A stretch of DNA of 64,000 nucleotides from an uncultured Schlesneria sp. (GTDB lineage Bacteria > Planctomycetota > Planctomycetia > Planctomycetales > Planctomycetaceae): the NCBI GenBank assembly GCA_903911795.1, contig CAIWEX010000067.1:2684-66683 (forward strand). The letters are read 5' to 3'. Positions 41,848 through 52,011 of this stretch are shown in pieces (within the stretch, counting starts at the first letter, position 1; every line of letters begins with the position of its first letter). The position numbers were made by a program, and so were the translations under genes. The notes under the pieces were generated by a model. That model did no database searches. It saw nothing but the letters and a program-made list of their open reading frames with translations, and had not been told where the DNA came from.

Positions 41848-42633
41848 TCATGGCCAGATGGCGATATCCCAACTGCCATTGGCACCCGGCGACTGAGCAC
41901 CCTGTGACAGATTGCTCCAGGCGGAAAACCCCGACCCGACGTACGTATTGGGGGCCACATACCCTCCAAAACCGGTGGGCTGGAATCGCCCCATCTCCCC
42001 AAATGAGGCTGGCATCTGGCCGACGTTACGCTGATTGGACCAGTTCTGAAACTGCGGTCCCAGGTAAGTATTGGGAGCCATCTGCTGATTATTTGAGATT
42101 CCGGAATGGGTCATGTTCTGAGCCCCCGACGGATTCATCAGCATCTGGTTCGTCGGACGTCGCTGCTGCTCTTCCCATTCCTGTTGAGGAGTCTTTGGGA
42201 GTGCCTCGTGTTGCGGATCCGATTGCAACGGACCGTTTTGGGCTTGGGCGTTCGTAACTGCCTTCGCATTCGTTGACGAGATGGGCTGCGTTTCTGGTTT
42301 ACCATTCACGATGGGACCGACGGGTTGCCCGGAAATCGCAGGTTGGCCGGGAACGATTGTAACAGGCTTTGTCGTTGGCTTCGCGGAAGGATTTGATGGT
42401 CCGTTTGCCGGAGATCCATTTGCCGGGGAAGTGGTCACGGTTGTCACATTGCGAACGACAGGTAAAGCGGCTGGCCGCAGCATTTGAGTATTCGATTGGG
42501 GACGATACAGAACAATCGGCCGTGGAAGATTCTGCTGAGCCTGTGCCGACGCAGTTCCCAGCCCCATCACCACAACGGCGGCCCACAGAATTCTGACCGA
42601 GATCATGACAATCCTCGCTTTCAGCGAACCCAA
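41848..42633 (-). CDS. Secreted low-complexity Pro/Gln/Asn/Gly-rich protein
   Basis: Signal peptide ending AQA; two APNTYxG..F..WSN repeats. Start may be 42609. Confidence 0.65.
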   Translation of the reverse strand: MGSLKARIVMISVRILWAAVVVMGLGTASAQAQQNLPRPIVLYRPQSNTQMLRPAALPVVRNVTTVTTSPANGSPANGPSNPSAKPTTKPVTIVPGQPAISGQPVGPIVNGKPETQPISSTNAKAVTNAQAQNGPLQSDPQHEALPKTPQQEWEEQQRRPTNQMLMNPSGAQNMTHSGISNNQQMAPNTYLGPQFQNWSNQRNVGQMPASFGEMGRFQPTGFGGYVAPNTYVGSGFSAWSNLSQGAQSPGANGSWDIAIWP

Positions 42634-42975
42634 CCCAGATTTCAGTCTGCGAAATCTTCGTCATCCGTGCAACTCTCAGTGCGCACGACGACCCCGGTAG
42701 ACGATTTGTCCCCAGATATCGTTTCGACGGAACCGACCAGCGGACATTACCAAACCGCCGACATCAGGAATCTGTGGTGTGAGAGGGAAGAGAAGTTCTT
42801 CGAGATCGGCAAAATTCGCCGGTGGTCAGATTTGATGCCCACTTTCACGATTGCCCCGACCGAACAGTGTCCGTTTCTGGGCACAACCCCTCTTGGCAAG
42901 ATCCTGGGCTTACGATAGCTTCCGACCATCCCTTGGTTTCCCTGATTTCTGTCCCTCTCTTGGAGGTCTCGCACG

Positions 42976-43236
42976 ATGACGAGGTCGTGTCGATACGTCC
43001 TGTTGATGCTGGTCATCATGAATTGCGGTTGTGCGAGTTTACGGCACGATCTGCAACCACACCGCCTTCGGCGCTTGAATCGCGGCGCCGCTCCAGCATT
43101 GAATCCCGAGTTCACTCGTTCCGCTCAGCCGTCCCGGAAGCAACTGGTCCGGCTGGATGGTCCTCGAACGACACCGGTGATCAAAGCAAACAGTGCAGAA
43201 GTGACTCTGGCCCGCGGTCAGAATTCCGACGATTGA
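42976..43236 (+). CDS. Small predicted lipoprotein
   Basis: VLLMLVIMNCGC lipobox-like leader, then ASLRHDLQPHRLRRLNRG. Confidence 0.55.
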   Translation: MTRSCRYVLLMLVIMNCGCASLRHDLQPHRLRRLNRGAAPALNPEFTRSAQPSRKQLVRLDGPRTTPVIKANSAEVTLARGQNSDD

Positions 43237-43245
43237 ACCCTGCGT

Positions 43246-44418
43246 TCAGCCGGCATTTCCATTCGTTCGGCCCAAAACTTCGGCGTAAACCTCGCGGATC
43301 TGACGCGTCATATTCTTATGTCGGAACTGGTCCGTAAAACGAGTTCGGCCCGTTTCGCCATACTGCAGCCGCAGAGCCGGATTGGTTGCCAGTTCGCATA
43401 TTGCTGCGGAAAGTTCAGTGGTCGACTGCGGAGGAAGCAGAAATCCCGTTTCACCTGGGATGACGACTTCTCTGGCTCCGTCAATGTCGTAACTGACGAC
43501 GGGCTTTCCAGCGATCAATCCTTGCGGAAGGACTCGTGCCAGTCCTTCCCAGATACTCGTATGAACCACGACGTCCATAGCGTGAATTAATTCGGGGACC
43601 TGACTCGGCGGCACAAGTCCGGCGAAGACGAATCGATCGCGAATGCCGCTGGCTGCAAGTTCACTTTCAAACTGGGGCCGCAGGATACCGTCGCCGACCA
43701 GAAGAAATCGAACGTTGGGACAACGGTCTATCACTGACCTGGCGGCACGAATCAGGAACTCGTGTCCTTTCAATGGAAACAATCGAGCGACTTTACCAAT
43801 GACAACATCCTCGGGCTTCAGTCCCAATTCGGCGCGAACCTGATATGGAGGTCGCGGGGGATGCAGAAATGGTTCAACATCGAAACCGCTGTAAACAGTC
43901 ACAAACTTCTCTTGCGAGGCAATCCCGGCCTGAACATACTGCGCCGTCATCGCATCGCAGACAGAGATGAACTTATCGGTCAATGGTGCTGCTCGACGTT
44001 CCAGCCATCGATAGAGGTTAAACGCGAGCGCAGACTGCCCCACATGAAACGATGCTCCGTGAATCGTATGCACGCAGGGAATCTTCAACTTTGCGGCCGC
44101 AATACGGCCGATGATCCCCGCCTTTGATGAATGAGTGTGCAGCAGATCCGGTTTGATCTCTCGGAGCAGTTGCAGCAATTGTCGATAGGTCTGCCAGTCT
44201 CGCCAGGGATGAATCGAGCGTCGGGATGCATCGAGAATCCGCATGTCCAGACCACCGCGACGGGCACGCTCTTCCAATGAACCTTCCGGCCCAAGTCCTG
44301 GGCCTGAAATCAGTGTCACGTCGTCACCAAACAGGTGATGCTGATCTTCGACGGTCAGCAGCGTGTTTTCCTGGGCTCCCCCCACAATCAGTCGAGTAAT
44401 GTAATGGACCACATGCAT
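43246..44418 (-). CDS. Glycosyltransferase family 4
   Basis: HYITRLIVGGAQ, HTHSSKAG, KGHEFL, EGLARVLPQG...GKPVV. ORF is open to 44487. Confidence 0.9.
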   Translation of the reverse strand: MHVVHYITRLIVGGAQENTLLTVEDQHHLFGDDVTLISGPGLGPEGSLEERARRGGLDMRILDASRRSIHPWRDWQTYRQLLQLLREIKPDLLHTHSSKAGIIGRIAAAKLKIPCVHTIHGASFHVGQSALAFNLYRWLERRAAPLTDKFISVCDAMTAQYVQAGIASQEKFVTVYSGFDVEPFLHPPRPPYQVRAELGLKPEDVVIGKVARLFPLKGHEFLIRAARSVIDRCPNVRFLLVGDGILRPQFESELAASGIRDRFVFAGLVPPSQVPELIHAMDVVVHTSIWEGLARVLPQGLIAGKPVVSYDIDGAREVVIPGETGFLLPPQSTTELSAAICELATNPALRLQYGETGRTRFTDQFRHKNMTRQIREVYAEVLGRTNGNAG

Positions 44419-44592
44419 GAATCGGCCAATTTGAATTCGGGGAGCCCGGCAAGTACGTTCCGGTTGGTTCACGAGCACTATCGCCACGGGCAGTTCACAT
44501 CGTTGTCGTCATGACCGCGCACCGTCGTGACTGTTCAACTATAATGCCTGTCAGCAGACCTGACACCTCAGAATTCCCTCGTGAGAAAAAGC

Positions 44593-46032
44593 ATGAGCAG
44601 ACCTGATGCGGTAATTCCGACACTGCCACCGTTGGCTGGCCTCTGTTCGTTTGAGGAAGCAGGCCGTTCGACATTGTCCGTAGAAGACTGCGTCAGCTGG
44701 ATGAAGCGGCATCATTATCTTCTTGTGCGACTTCACGAAATCTTCACTGCGAAAATATCCGCAGAACCAGTGTTCGAACTGAAAACGGCGTTCAGTCTGC
44801 ATGCCTATTTGTGTGCCGAACATGCATCGGCATTCCGTCGACGTGTCGGGGAGTTGCGAGAACCCCCGCTGGGACTCGATGTTGTACCGCACGATGGTCT
44901 GAAACTGGTTTGCGATGAAGTCCTGGGCAGCCCATCCCACACGGAACTGGTACTCGGTTTGTACGAAGTTGTGATCCCGGCACTGCTGCAATCGCTGAAG
45001 GACTATCGCCAGACGACAAATCTGCTGGCTGATGCCCCTTCTGTGCGGGTCACGAGATTTTGTCAGATCGAACTGGAAGAAATACTGGCGTTCGGACAGC
45101 GGGCGGTCGTGGCGTTGGTCAACGATGCTTCACGATCGAATCTTGCGACCTGGATCGCATTGCTCAAACAGGCTTTGGTATCGGCTAGCGGTGTGTCTGG
45201 GCGACTGACGCAATCCGAATCATCATCTCCGGAGATGGCCCTGGCCCCGCACTATTCGGCGGTCCCCTTTCACTACGATCCCGTGCCCCGTCGGGATTCC
45301 AGGTTTCATGATTCCTTCAATGGTGGGGTCAACCCGGAGGCGTTTCTGTACGACGAACAATTCCATCCGCGCGACAAGGTCTTGATGATGTTGTACAAGC
45401 GTCTGCGGGAGATTGATGTCCCCGAGATGATGGCCAGCATTCTGCAGCAGACTCCGGGAAAGCCTTGGAAATACTATGCCGATATGTCTCGGCAGTTGTG
45501 GGACGAAGCACGGCATTCGCTGCTTGGCGAGGTGGGATTTGTTCAATTGGGGCTCGACTGGACGAAAATTCCAATCAACTTTACGTGGTCGCTGAACCTG
45601 AATACGCAACTGAAACCGTGGGAACGCCATGCGGTTTTGTTCTTCATTGAACAGGGACTGATGCCACGAACGGGCAAGCGATTTGAGTGGGAAGTCGCAC
45701 AGAATTCGGGCATTCCGCTTGCCGCAGTCATTCAGGATTTCGACTGGGCAGACGAAGTTCTGCACGCACAGATTGGTCGCGAATGGTATGTCAAAGAATT
45801 TGGCGACCTGACCGAAGCGATGAAGTACGGAGATAGCTGCTGGTCACAAGTCATGGGTCATTGGCGTGACTATCTCGATCGAGGACTGACGCAGCACGAC
45901 AACTGGTGGCCGGAATTTTATCAATCGGCCTGTTCGACAATGGGTGTGTCACCTGACCCTGCGGCGCTGGCATTCAATACCACATACGAAAGCACTCGCG
46001 CCGATTTGAAAGACATTTCAGCATCCGCGTGA
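44593..46032 (+). CDS. Ferritin-like di-iron protein (DUF455-like), apparently two domains
   Basis: C-half has E...DEARH...E...DEVLH; N-half is a degenerate copy (AEHA). GTG 44581 is an alternative start. Confidence 0.7.
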   Translation: MSRPDAVIPTLPPLAGLCSFEEAGRSTLSVEDCVSWMKRHHYLLVRLHEIFTAKISAEPVFELKTAFSLHAYLCAEHASAFRRRVGELREPPLGLDVVPHDGLKLVCDEVLGSPSHTELVLGLYEVVIPALLQSLKDYRQTTNLLADAPSVRVTRFCQIELEEILAFGQRAVVALVNDASRSNLATWIALLKQALVSASGVSGRLTQSESSSPEMALAPHYSAVPFHYDPVPRRDSRFHDSFNGGVNPEAFLYDEQFHPRDKVLMMLYKRLREIDVPEMMASILQQTPGKPWKYYADMSRQLWDEARHSLLGEVGFVQLGLDWTKIPINFTWSLNLNTQLKPWERHAVLFFIEQGLMPRTGKRFEWEVAQNSGIPLAAVIQDFDWADEVLHAQIGREWYVKEFGDLTEAMKYGDSCWSQVMGHWRDYLDRGLTQHDNWWPEFYQSACSTMGVSPDPAALAFNTTYESTRADLKDISASA

Positions 46033-46067
46033 GTCATCGTGTTGTTCACTCTCGTAAGTAATCGTCC

Positions 46068-46095
46068 ATCAGCCGGTACGCTCTAGCGTCCGATT
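46068..46095 (-). repeat. REP-like palindrome, family B
   Basis: Reverse complement AATCGGACGCTAGAGCGTACCGGCTGAT resembles 23474-23501. Confidence 0.65.
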
Positions 46096-46300
46096 TCTTG
46101 CTATTTCGAATTGTCCAAGACCGAAGTACTCAGTGAATGCCGCAAGATTCGCGAAGAATGCCGGGAATCTTCAACCGCAATCACGAAAACTCGATATGAT
46201 GGCTTGGTAACAGCGTCGATTCATCCCGGCCCTGGGCTGGATCACTGATTCCTGCAGACTGCGTTGTACGTGGTGCGGAATCGGGATCGAATGCAGGCCA

Positions 46301-46780
46301 ATGTACCTGCCATACCCGAAAGGTCATGCGATGAAAGTGCCCGTCGACGCCGTCTGGCGAGGACTGTCGGCCGCTGCAATTTTCCCGATTTCAATCGGAC
46401 TCATTCCGCTGCTGCTGTTTAGTGTTGTCAGTGGCACTTTTGAAATTCTGGGGTCGATTTTTCAAGGCGAACTTCCTGGGAATCATGCGACCTTGTTGCT
46501 GCTGGTTTGCGTGGCCGGGTTGATCGGGCTCGTCGCACTCTGGACAACCATCGTGATCCCCAACTCGGATATCTGCGTCAGCCCGCGAATCTGCGGGTTT
46601 GTACTGCTTGGGCTTCCCCTCGGGATCGCAGCAGAGGTTCTGTTCTTTTCGAGTCTGGTACAGAGTGGAAAATTCGAACTGGGCTGGCAGATTGCCGCCG
46701 GATTCACCTTGTTCGCTGGGGTTCTTCCGGTGGGCCTCGTGAATTTCAGTCGACTCGGATACACCGCGATGCGGACGTGA
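46301..46780 (+). CDS. Small multi-pass membrane protein of unknown function
   Basis: About four hydrophobic helices; no recognisable motif. Confidence 0.55.
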   Translation: MYLPYPKGHAMKVPVDAVWRGLSAAAIFPISIGLIPLLLFSVVSGTFEILGSIFQGELPGNHATLLLLVCVAGLIGLVALWTTIVIPNSDICVSPRICGFVLLGLPLGIAAEVLFFSSLVQSGKFELGWQIAAGFTLFAGVLPVGLVNFSRLGYTAMRT

Positions 46781-46903
46781 GACCTCGGGCAAACCTGACA
46801 GAGATGTGCCGTGAGGTGCATCTCCCTTCGAAGTACCGTAGCGCCCATTGATCGCCAAACGGGAATCCATTGTCTTTCGCGTACCGGCTGTCGTTGTCGC
46901 TCA

Positions 46904-47383
46904 TCAGACAAGTTGGCGAACGATCCGGCGACTGCTCGCATCCAGAGCACTGATGTCGACGATTTTGTAGCGGATCCCGTTTGAATCGGCGATCACGATC
47001 CCCGTCTTGCCCAGAGAACGGATGTCGTCTTCACTTTCCAGGTGAAAGCTGGTCTTGCCGCGATCTGTCTCGACGCTCCAGATGCAGGGAGGGTATGGGG
47101 CGCTCGTTGTGATGATCTTCTGGATCACCGGGACAAAATCGCGTTCGGCCAGTTCGCGTTGAATAAATTCGCGTGACTCTGCATTCAGGACGTCCAGGCT
47201 GGGAAGGTTAATCAATTCTTTCCCCTCCGGATCCAGCAGGGCGATCGCGTGTTCAGGGTCCGTCAACGGGAAGCAGCGGACCGGATCGATTCCCGGGTAT
47301 TCCACCCCGTCCGACATCACCAGGACAAGTTGCCCCCATTCATTCTTGCGAAAGCTGAGGCATGCGAAGTTCGTGTCTACCAT
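46904..47383 (-). CDS. DUF1854 family protein
   Basis: PVRCFPLT.P, RDFVPVI..I, W.VETDRG.T.F.L..EDDIR, DSNGIRY.I.D...LD..SRR; overlaps the ABC gene by 7 nt. Confidence 0.8.
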   Translation of the reverse strand: MVDTNFACLSFRKNEWGQLVLVMSDGVEYPGIDPVRCFPLTDPEHAIALLDPEGKELINLPSLDVLNAESREFIQRELAERDFVPVIQKIITTSAPYPPCIWSVETDRGKTSFHLESEDDIRSLGKTGIVIADSNGIRYKIVDISALDASSRRIVRQLV

Positions 47384-49584
47384 CCGATATCCTTCGTCAG
47401 TTCCTGCTGAGCTCGATGCAGTTCTGCATAGGCACCGTCCATGACCAGCAGTTCATCGTGGGTCCCGATTTCCACCAGCCGTCCTCGTTCGATCACCATG
47501 ATCCGATTCGCCTGCCGCAGGGTACTCAATCGGTGTGCAATCGCAATCGTCGTGCGCCCTCGAACCAGGTTCTGAAGCGCCTCCTGAATCTGTCGCTCGG
47601 TAGTCGAGTCCAAAGCGGACGTTGCTTCGTCCAGGATCAGGATGCGCGGGTCAATCAGAAGTGCGCGGGCGATGCTGATCCGTTGTCGTTCCCCCCCCGA
47701 CAACGACTGGCCTCGTTCTCCCACCAGTGAATCGTAGCCATCGGCCAGTTGCAGGATGAATTCGTGAGCTCGTGCGGCTTTGGCCGCATTAATGACTTCT
47801 TCGCGTGTGGCGTCGGGGCGACCGTAGGAAATGTTTTCGGCGATTGTTCCGTAAAACAGGAACGGATCCTGAAGCACGATCCCGACGTTACGGCGATACT
47901 GCTCTACCTTGTAACTGCGGATATCGATTCCGTCGGCCAGGATGGCCCCTTCAGCAACGTCAAAGAACCGACAGACCAGATTGATCAGTGTGCTCTTGCC
48001 AGCCCCTGTATGACCAACGAGGCCGATCATTTCGCCAGCTTCAATCTTCAGCGAAAAGTCCTTGATGACCTTTCGATTGCCGTATCGAAACCCAACATGT
48101 CGGAACTCCAGGGTCCCTTTCAATTTGTCGACCAACACCGGACGCGCCGGTTCTGGAACATTGGAGACATGATCCAGAATTTCGAAGATCCGCTGAGCGC
48201 TCACAGCCGCTCGTTGCGAGGCATTAACCATCCGGCTCATCATTTCCAACTTGCCGTAAAACATCGCACTGAGGAGGAGGAATGCGTTCAGCGAACCAAA
48301 GGTGAAATCCGGTGTGCGGCTGCCGATCAACCAGATGCCGTAGACCCAGACCACGAAGACCCCCAGGCTATTCAGAAACGTGATCAATGGCCAGAAGAAT
48401 GTCCACAGGGAATTGACTCGATTATTGGCGACAACGACGGTTTCATTTGCCGTACGGAATCGCTCGATCTCACGCTGTTCCTGAGCAAACGCTTTCACGA
48501 CGCGGATTCCAGGGATCGTGTCCGCCAGGACACTCGTCATATGCCCCCAGGCCCTGCTGCCAGCCTGAAAGCCAACCTGCAGCTTGTCGCGCGAGTAGTA
48601 CATCAACCAGACAATGAACGGAAACGGCAACAGAGTGACCAGCGCCAACTGGACATTGTCGTTGAAGAGCGACCACGCTACGACGAACAGCAAAATTGAA
48701 TTAGCCGTGAAATCAACAATACTGTCGGATAGGAACTGGCACAGGCGATCGGAATCGCTGCTAATGCGCGACATCAGATCGCCCGTCCGTTTGCCACCGA
48801 AGTATTCCAGCGACAGCTTTTGCAAATGTGCATATGTTCGATCACGCAGATCCGCAGTGACTCGTTCGCTGACCCAGGCGAGGATTGCCCCTTGAGCCCA
48901 ACTGAGTACCCAGCAGACGGCCGCGGCCACCAGCATGATGGTCAAATAGAATATTGCCGGTGACAGCGAACTGACGGTTCCAGCTTCATAGTTCTTCAAT
49001 AGGTCAGTCAGCGGTTTCGTCATCTTCGCAGTTTCGACGGCCGCAATACTGGCAGTAAATGACAGCACAAACGCGATAAACATCCAAAACGCATGCGGTT
49101 GAGCAAACTGCCACAATCGGAACAATGCCATCGTATTGGGAGGAGTCTCGTGCTCTTCCGCTTCGGGGATATCTTCGTCTTCGATGGTCGCCGTCCGAGT
49201 TCGTCCCGCTTTCAGATCCTCGAACCGGTCGCCCATCACCAGTGCCGATGGGCCTTGAGCGATCGTGTAGTGCCAAAATCCGAGCCGGCGATCTGTCCCG
49301 AGCAGTTCCAATGTCCCCAACCCGCCGCGATCTTTCGTCCGCAGTTTATCGATGGATTCCAATGCCCAGTGGCGAACTATGTCACCGGTTGCACTGAAGA
49401 CATGACGCCCGGTGAGTACCAGCAGCGTCGTGCGATACCGACGTTGTTCGTCGACGTCAGAAATCATCCACGCAAGCACGGATTCGCCAACAGCCAGCTG
49501 GGCTTCGACATGACTCCGTAGCGAAGTTTCAACCGAAGACCAGCTCTCAGAGTGCAGTGCCACAGTGTCAGTTGTCGCGTTCAA
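47377..49584 (-). CDS. Fused ABC exporter (type IV, TMD+NBD) with extra N-terminal soluble domain
   Basis: GHTGAGKST, LSGGERQR, ILILDEATS, IAHRLST; about 150-aa N-terminal extension before TM1. Confidence 0.92.
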   Translation of the reverse strand: MNATTDTVALHSESWSSVETSLRSHVEAQLAVGESVLAWMISDVDEQRRYRTTLLVLTGRHVFSATGDIVRHWALESIDKLRTKDRGGLGTLELLGTDRRLGFWHYTIAQGPSALVMGDRFEDLKAGRTRTATIEDEDIPEAEEHETPPNTMALFRLWQFAQPHAFWMFIAFVLSFTASIAAVETAKMTKPLTDLLKNYEAGTVSSLSPAIFYLTIMLVAAAVCWVLSWAQGAILAWVSERVTADLRDRTYAHLQKLSLEYFGGKRTGDLMSRISSDSDRLCQFLSDSIVDFTANSILLFVVAWSLFNDNVQLALVTLLPFPFIVWLMYYSRDKLQVGFQAGSRAWGHMTSVLADTIPGIRVVKAFAQEQREIERFRTANETVVVANNRVNSLWTFFWPLITFLNSLGVFVVWVYGIWLIGSRTPDFTFGSLNAFLLLSAMFYGKLEMMSRMVNASQRAAVSAQRIFEILDHVSNVPEPARPVLVDKLKGTLEFRHVGFRYGNRKVIKDFSLKIEAGEMIGLVGHTGAGKSTLINLVCRFFDVAEGAILADGIDIRSYKVEQYRRNVGIVLQDPFLFYGTIAENISYGRPDATREEVINAAKAARAHEFILQLADGYDSLVGERGQSLSGGERQRISIARALLIDPRILILDEATSALDSTTERQIQEALQNLVRGRTTIAIAHRLSTLRQANRIMVIERGRLVEIGTHDELLVMDGAYAELHRAQQELTKDIGW

Positions 49585-49841
49585 AACGCCAGTCCGTTAA
49601 GAGGAAGTGCGCAGCTCAAGAATACTTGACACAGCGTACCGGACGGTTACACGAAGAGTAAGTGATGATTCCGAAGGGATCTCAAGATCTGCGGAGACCG
49701 AGTCTTATGGAATCAACACTACCGACCACATTGCATACAACCTCGACACGGCTTGAATGGTCGTCCCCTTCGAGTTCTCGAACGGTACTGGGCCTCTTCG
49801 GAACGGTTCGCAATCCTATGAATTGCCTGACCCAGAAATGC

Positions 49842-49865
49842 AAAAAGCCCCGCTTTCGCAGGGCC
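49842..49865 (-). terminator. Terminator of the ribosomal protein cluster
   Basis: GGCCCUGC-GAAA-GCGGGGCU-UUUU on the minus strand, about 20 bp after the rplQ stop. Confidence 0.75.
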
Positions 49866-49884
49866 TCTTGTGATTACCAACTGA

Positions 49885-50448
49885 CTATTCACTGACAGCC
49901 AGCGGAGTTCGCTTTGGACGGCTTCGGTCACGATCTCCGACGAATTCAATGATCGCCAGTTGACCACCGTCGCCGAGCCGGACTTTCGCGGTCCGAACGA
50001 TGCGGGTGTATCCACCAGCTCGTTCCCGGAACTTCGGACCCAGTTCGCTGAATAGAATCTCGACAGCAGCTTTAGACCGCAGCGCAGCAAACGCCCGACG
50101 ACGCAGAGCAACTGCAGGGGAGATCGCTCGATTCCACTTCTGCCATTGTTCCGACTTCCGCCAATCACGCCATTCCGGAGTGTTACGAGCGGCTGTCGTG
50201 GCAAACTCGGCAGCGGCTTCCGCGTGTACCAAGGATCGTTTCGCCAACGTAACCAGCTTTTCAACGATCGGGCGAAGCTCTTTCGCCTTTTGAACCGTCG
50301 TTTCAATTCTGCCAGAAACTCGGCCCGCGGGTACGTCCTGTCCGGCCGGTACCACTGTCGTGATCAGGCTGGTGGCCATATTCCTGAACATGGCACGTCG
50401 ATGTGCCGCGTTCCGCCCGAGCTGTCGACCCCGTCGCTTATGTCTCAT
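49885..50448 (-). CDS. rplQ: 50S ribosomal protein L17 with large internal insertion
   Basis: MRHKRRGRQLGRN, RIETTVQKAKELR, RAGGYTRI, RLGDG. Confidence 0.95.
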   Translation of the reverse strand: MRHKRRGRQLGRNAAHRRAMFRNMATSLITTVVPAGQDVPAGRVSGRIETTVQKAKELRPIVEKLVTLAKRSLVHAEAAAEFATTAARNTPEWRDWRKSEQWQKWNRAISPAVALRRRAFAALRSKAAVEILFSELGPKFRERAGGYTRIVRTAKVRLGDGGQLAIIEFVGDRDRSRPKRTPLAVSE

Positions 50449-50497
50449 CGCCAATACTCACTAACCGAAATTCCAACGGACTGTACGCCAAACGTGA

Positions 50498-51517
50498 TTA
50501 TCGCGCGTCGCGCTGCAGGTACTGCGGTAATCGCATTCCCAATCGGAGACCGATTGCTGCGAGACGCTCACGAACTTCCTGCAATGTTGTTTCACCGAAG
50601 TTGCGAACCTGCAACAACTGATCTTCCGTTCGCAATACCAGATCGCGAACCGAATTGATCCCTTCGGATTCGAGACAGTTTGTCGCTCGGACCGAAAGAT
50701 TCAGTTCAGCCAGGCTTTGACCAAGCTTCTCTTCCAACTCGAGATCGACTGGTGCATAACCGGTTGCGTCGAGCATATTCCGCAAGCCGCCGTCAGGTGA
50801 TGTCACCGGACCAGCCTCGCGGTAGGTGATGATCGGATTCAAATGCTTTCGCAGAATCTTGGCTGATTCGACCAAGGCATTCTCTGGAGTGATCGTGCCG
50901 TTCGTCCAGATCTCAAGAATCAATCGATCGTAGTTCGTACGCTGGCCAACACGTGTTTCTTCGATCTTGTAGCGTACTCGCAATACTGGCGAATAGATCG
51001 CGTCCAGCGGGATTACGCCAAGTTCGGGTTCCTGCTCATACTGCTCGGAGGCTGGAACGTATCCGCGACCGTTTTCAATCTGCATTTCAAGCTGCAGTGA
51101 AACATCGTCGGTCATGGTCGCGATGACGAGGTCCTTGTTAACGATCTCGATCTGCTCATCGCAGACGATGTCGCCACCAGTCACTACGCCACGCTCGTTC
51201 TTTTCGATTCGAACAGTTCGCGACGTCGCACTGCGGTTCTTGACCACAAGAGACTTCACGTTCAGGCAAATCTCGGTAACGTCTTCGACAATCCCGGGAA
51301 GCGCTGTGAATTCGTGTTGAACGCCCTGAATGCGAACGCGTGTGACAGCGCTCCCCTCAAGGCTCGACAACAAAATACGGCGCAACGAATTTCCCACCGT
51401 CGCACCGAAGCCGCGCTCAAACGGCTCGATCGTGAACATACCATAGGTGTCGTTTGAAACTTCCAAATCCGGTACTACCCGATTCGGCAATTCCAAACCG
51501 CGCCAGCGAATCCTCAT
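50498..51517 (-). CDS. rpoA: RNA polymerase alpha subunit
   Basis: [54 protein letters not shown]. Confidence 0.97.
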   Translation of the reverse strand: MRIRWRGLELPNRVVPDLEVSNDTYGMFTIEPFERGFGATVGNSLRRILLSSLEGSAVTRVRIQGVQHEFTALPGIVEDVTEICLNVKSLVVKNRSATSRTVRIEKNERGVVTGGDIVCDEQIEIVNKDLVIATMTDDVSLQLEMQIENGRGYVPASEQYEQEPELGVIPLDAIYSPVLRVRYKIEETRVGQRTNYDRLILEIWTNGTITPENALVESAKILRKHLNPIITYREAGPVTSPDGGLRNMLDATGYAPVDLELEEKLGQSLAELNLSVRATNCLESEGINSVRDLVLRTEDQLLQVRNFGETTLQEVRERLAAIGLRLGMRLPQYLQRDAR

Positions 51518-51587
51518 CTGTTTTCCCCCAAACCCGACAATTCTTCAGGCCATCAACACAAAACGGCTGCACGCTCCAACACGTCGA

Positions 51588-51968
51588 TCAGACGCGTCGC
51601 TTCTTTCGTGGGCGACAACCATTGTGGGGCAGCGGTGTTACATCTTCGATACCGCGCACCTGGACTCCGTAAGACTGCAATCCAGTGATCGCGCTTTCAC
51701 GGCCAGAACCTGGACCCTTCACGCGAACTTCCAATTCCCGGACGCCGAACTTGGCAGCACGCTCCGAACACGTTTCCGAAGCGCGTTGTGCAGCGAACGG
51801 AGTGCTTTTGCGGCTACCCTTGAATCCAACCGTGCCAGCCGTGGCCCAACACAACACATCTCCGTTGGTGTCGGTGATCGTGACCGTGGTATTGTTGAAC
51901 GTCGCTTTGATGTGCGCGATGCCCCGGGTCACGTTCCTGCGAATTCGCTTCTTCTTGCCTTGTGCCAT
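51588..51968 (-). CDS. rpsK: 30S ribosomal protein S11
   Basis: [32 protein letters not shown]. Confidence 0.97.
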   Translation of the reverse strand: MAQGKKKRIRRNVTRGIAHIKATFNNTTVTITDTNGDVLCWATAGTVGFKGSRKSTPFAAQRASETCSERAAKFGVRELEVRVKGPGSGRESAITGLQSYGVQVRGIEDVTPLPHNGCRPRKKRRV

Positions 51969-52011
51969 TTTTTGCTCTTCCCAACACCTCAGAACGAGAT
52001 ATATCCCAGCG

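Noticed and set aside
47749-48699. 316-aa plus-strand ORF opposite the ABC transporter
   Set aside because: Fully antisense to a motif-complete gene, with no recognisable motifs; shadow ORFs are expected at this GC and codon bias.
49626-49653. TTGACA on the plus strand near the ABC gene start (possible antisense promoter)
   Set aside because: No acceptable -10 element at 16-18 bp spacing.
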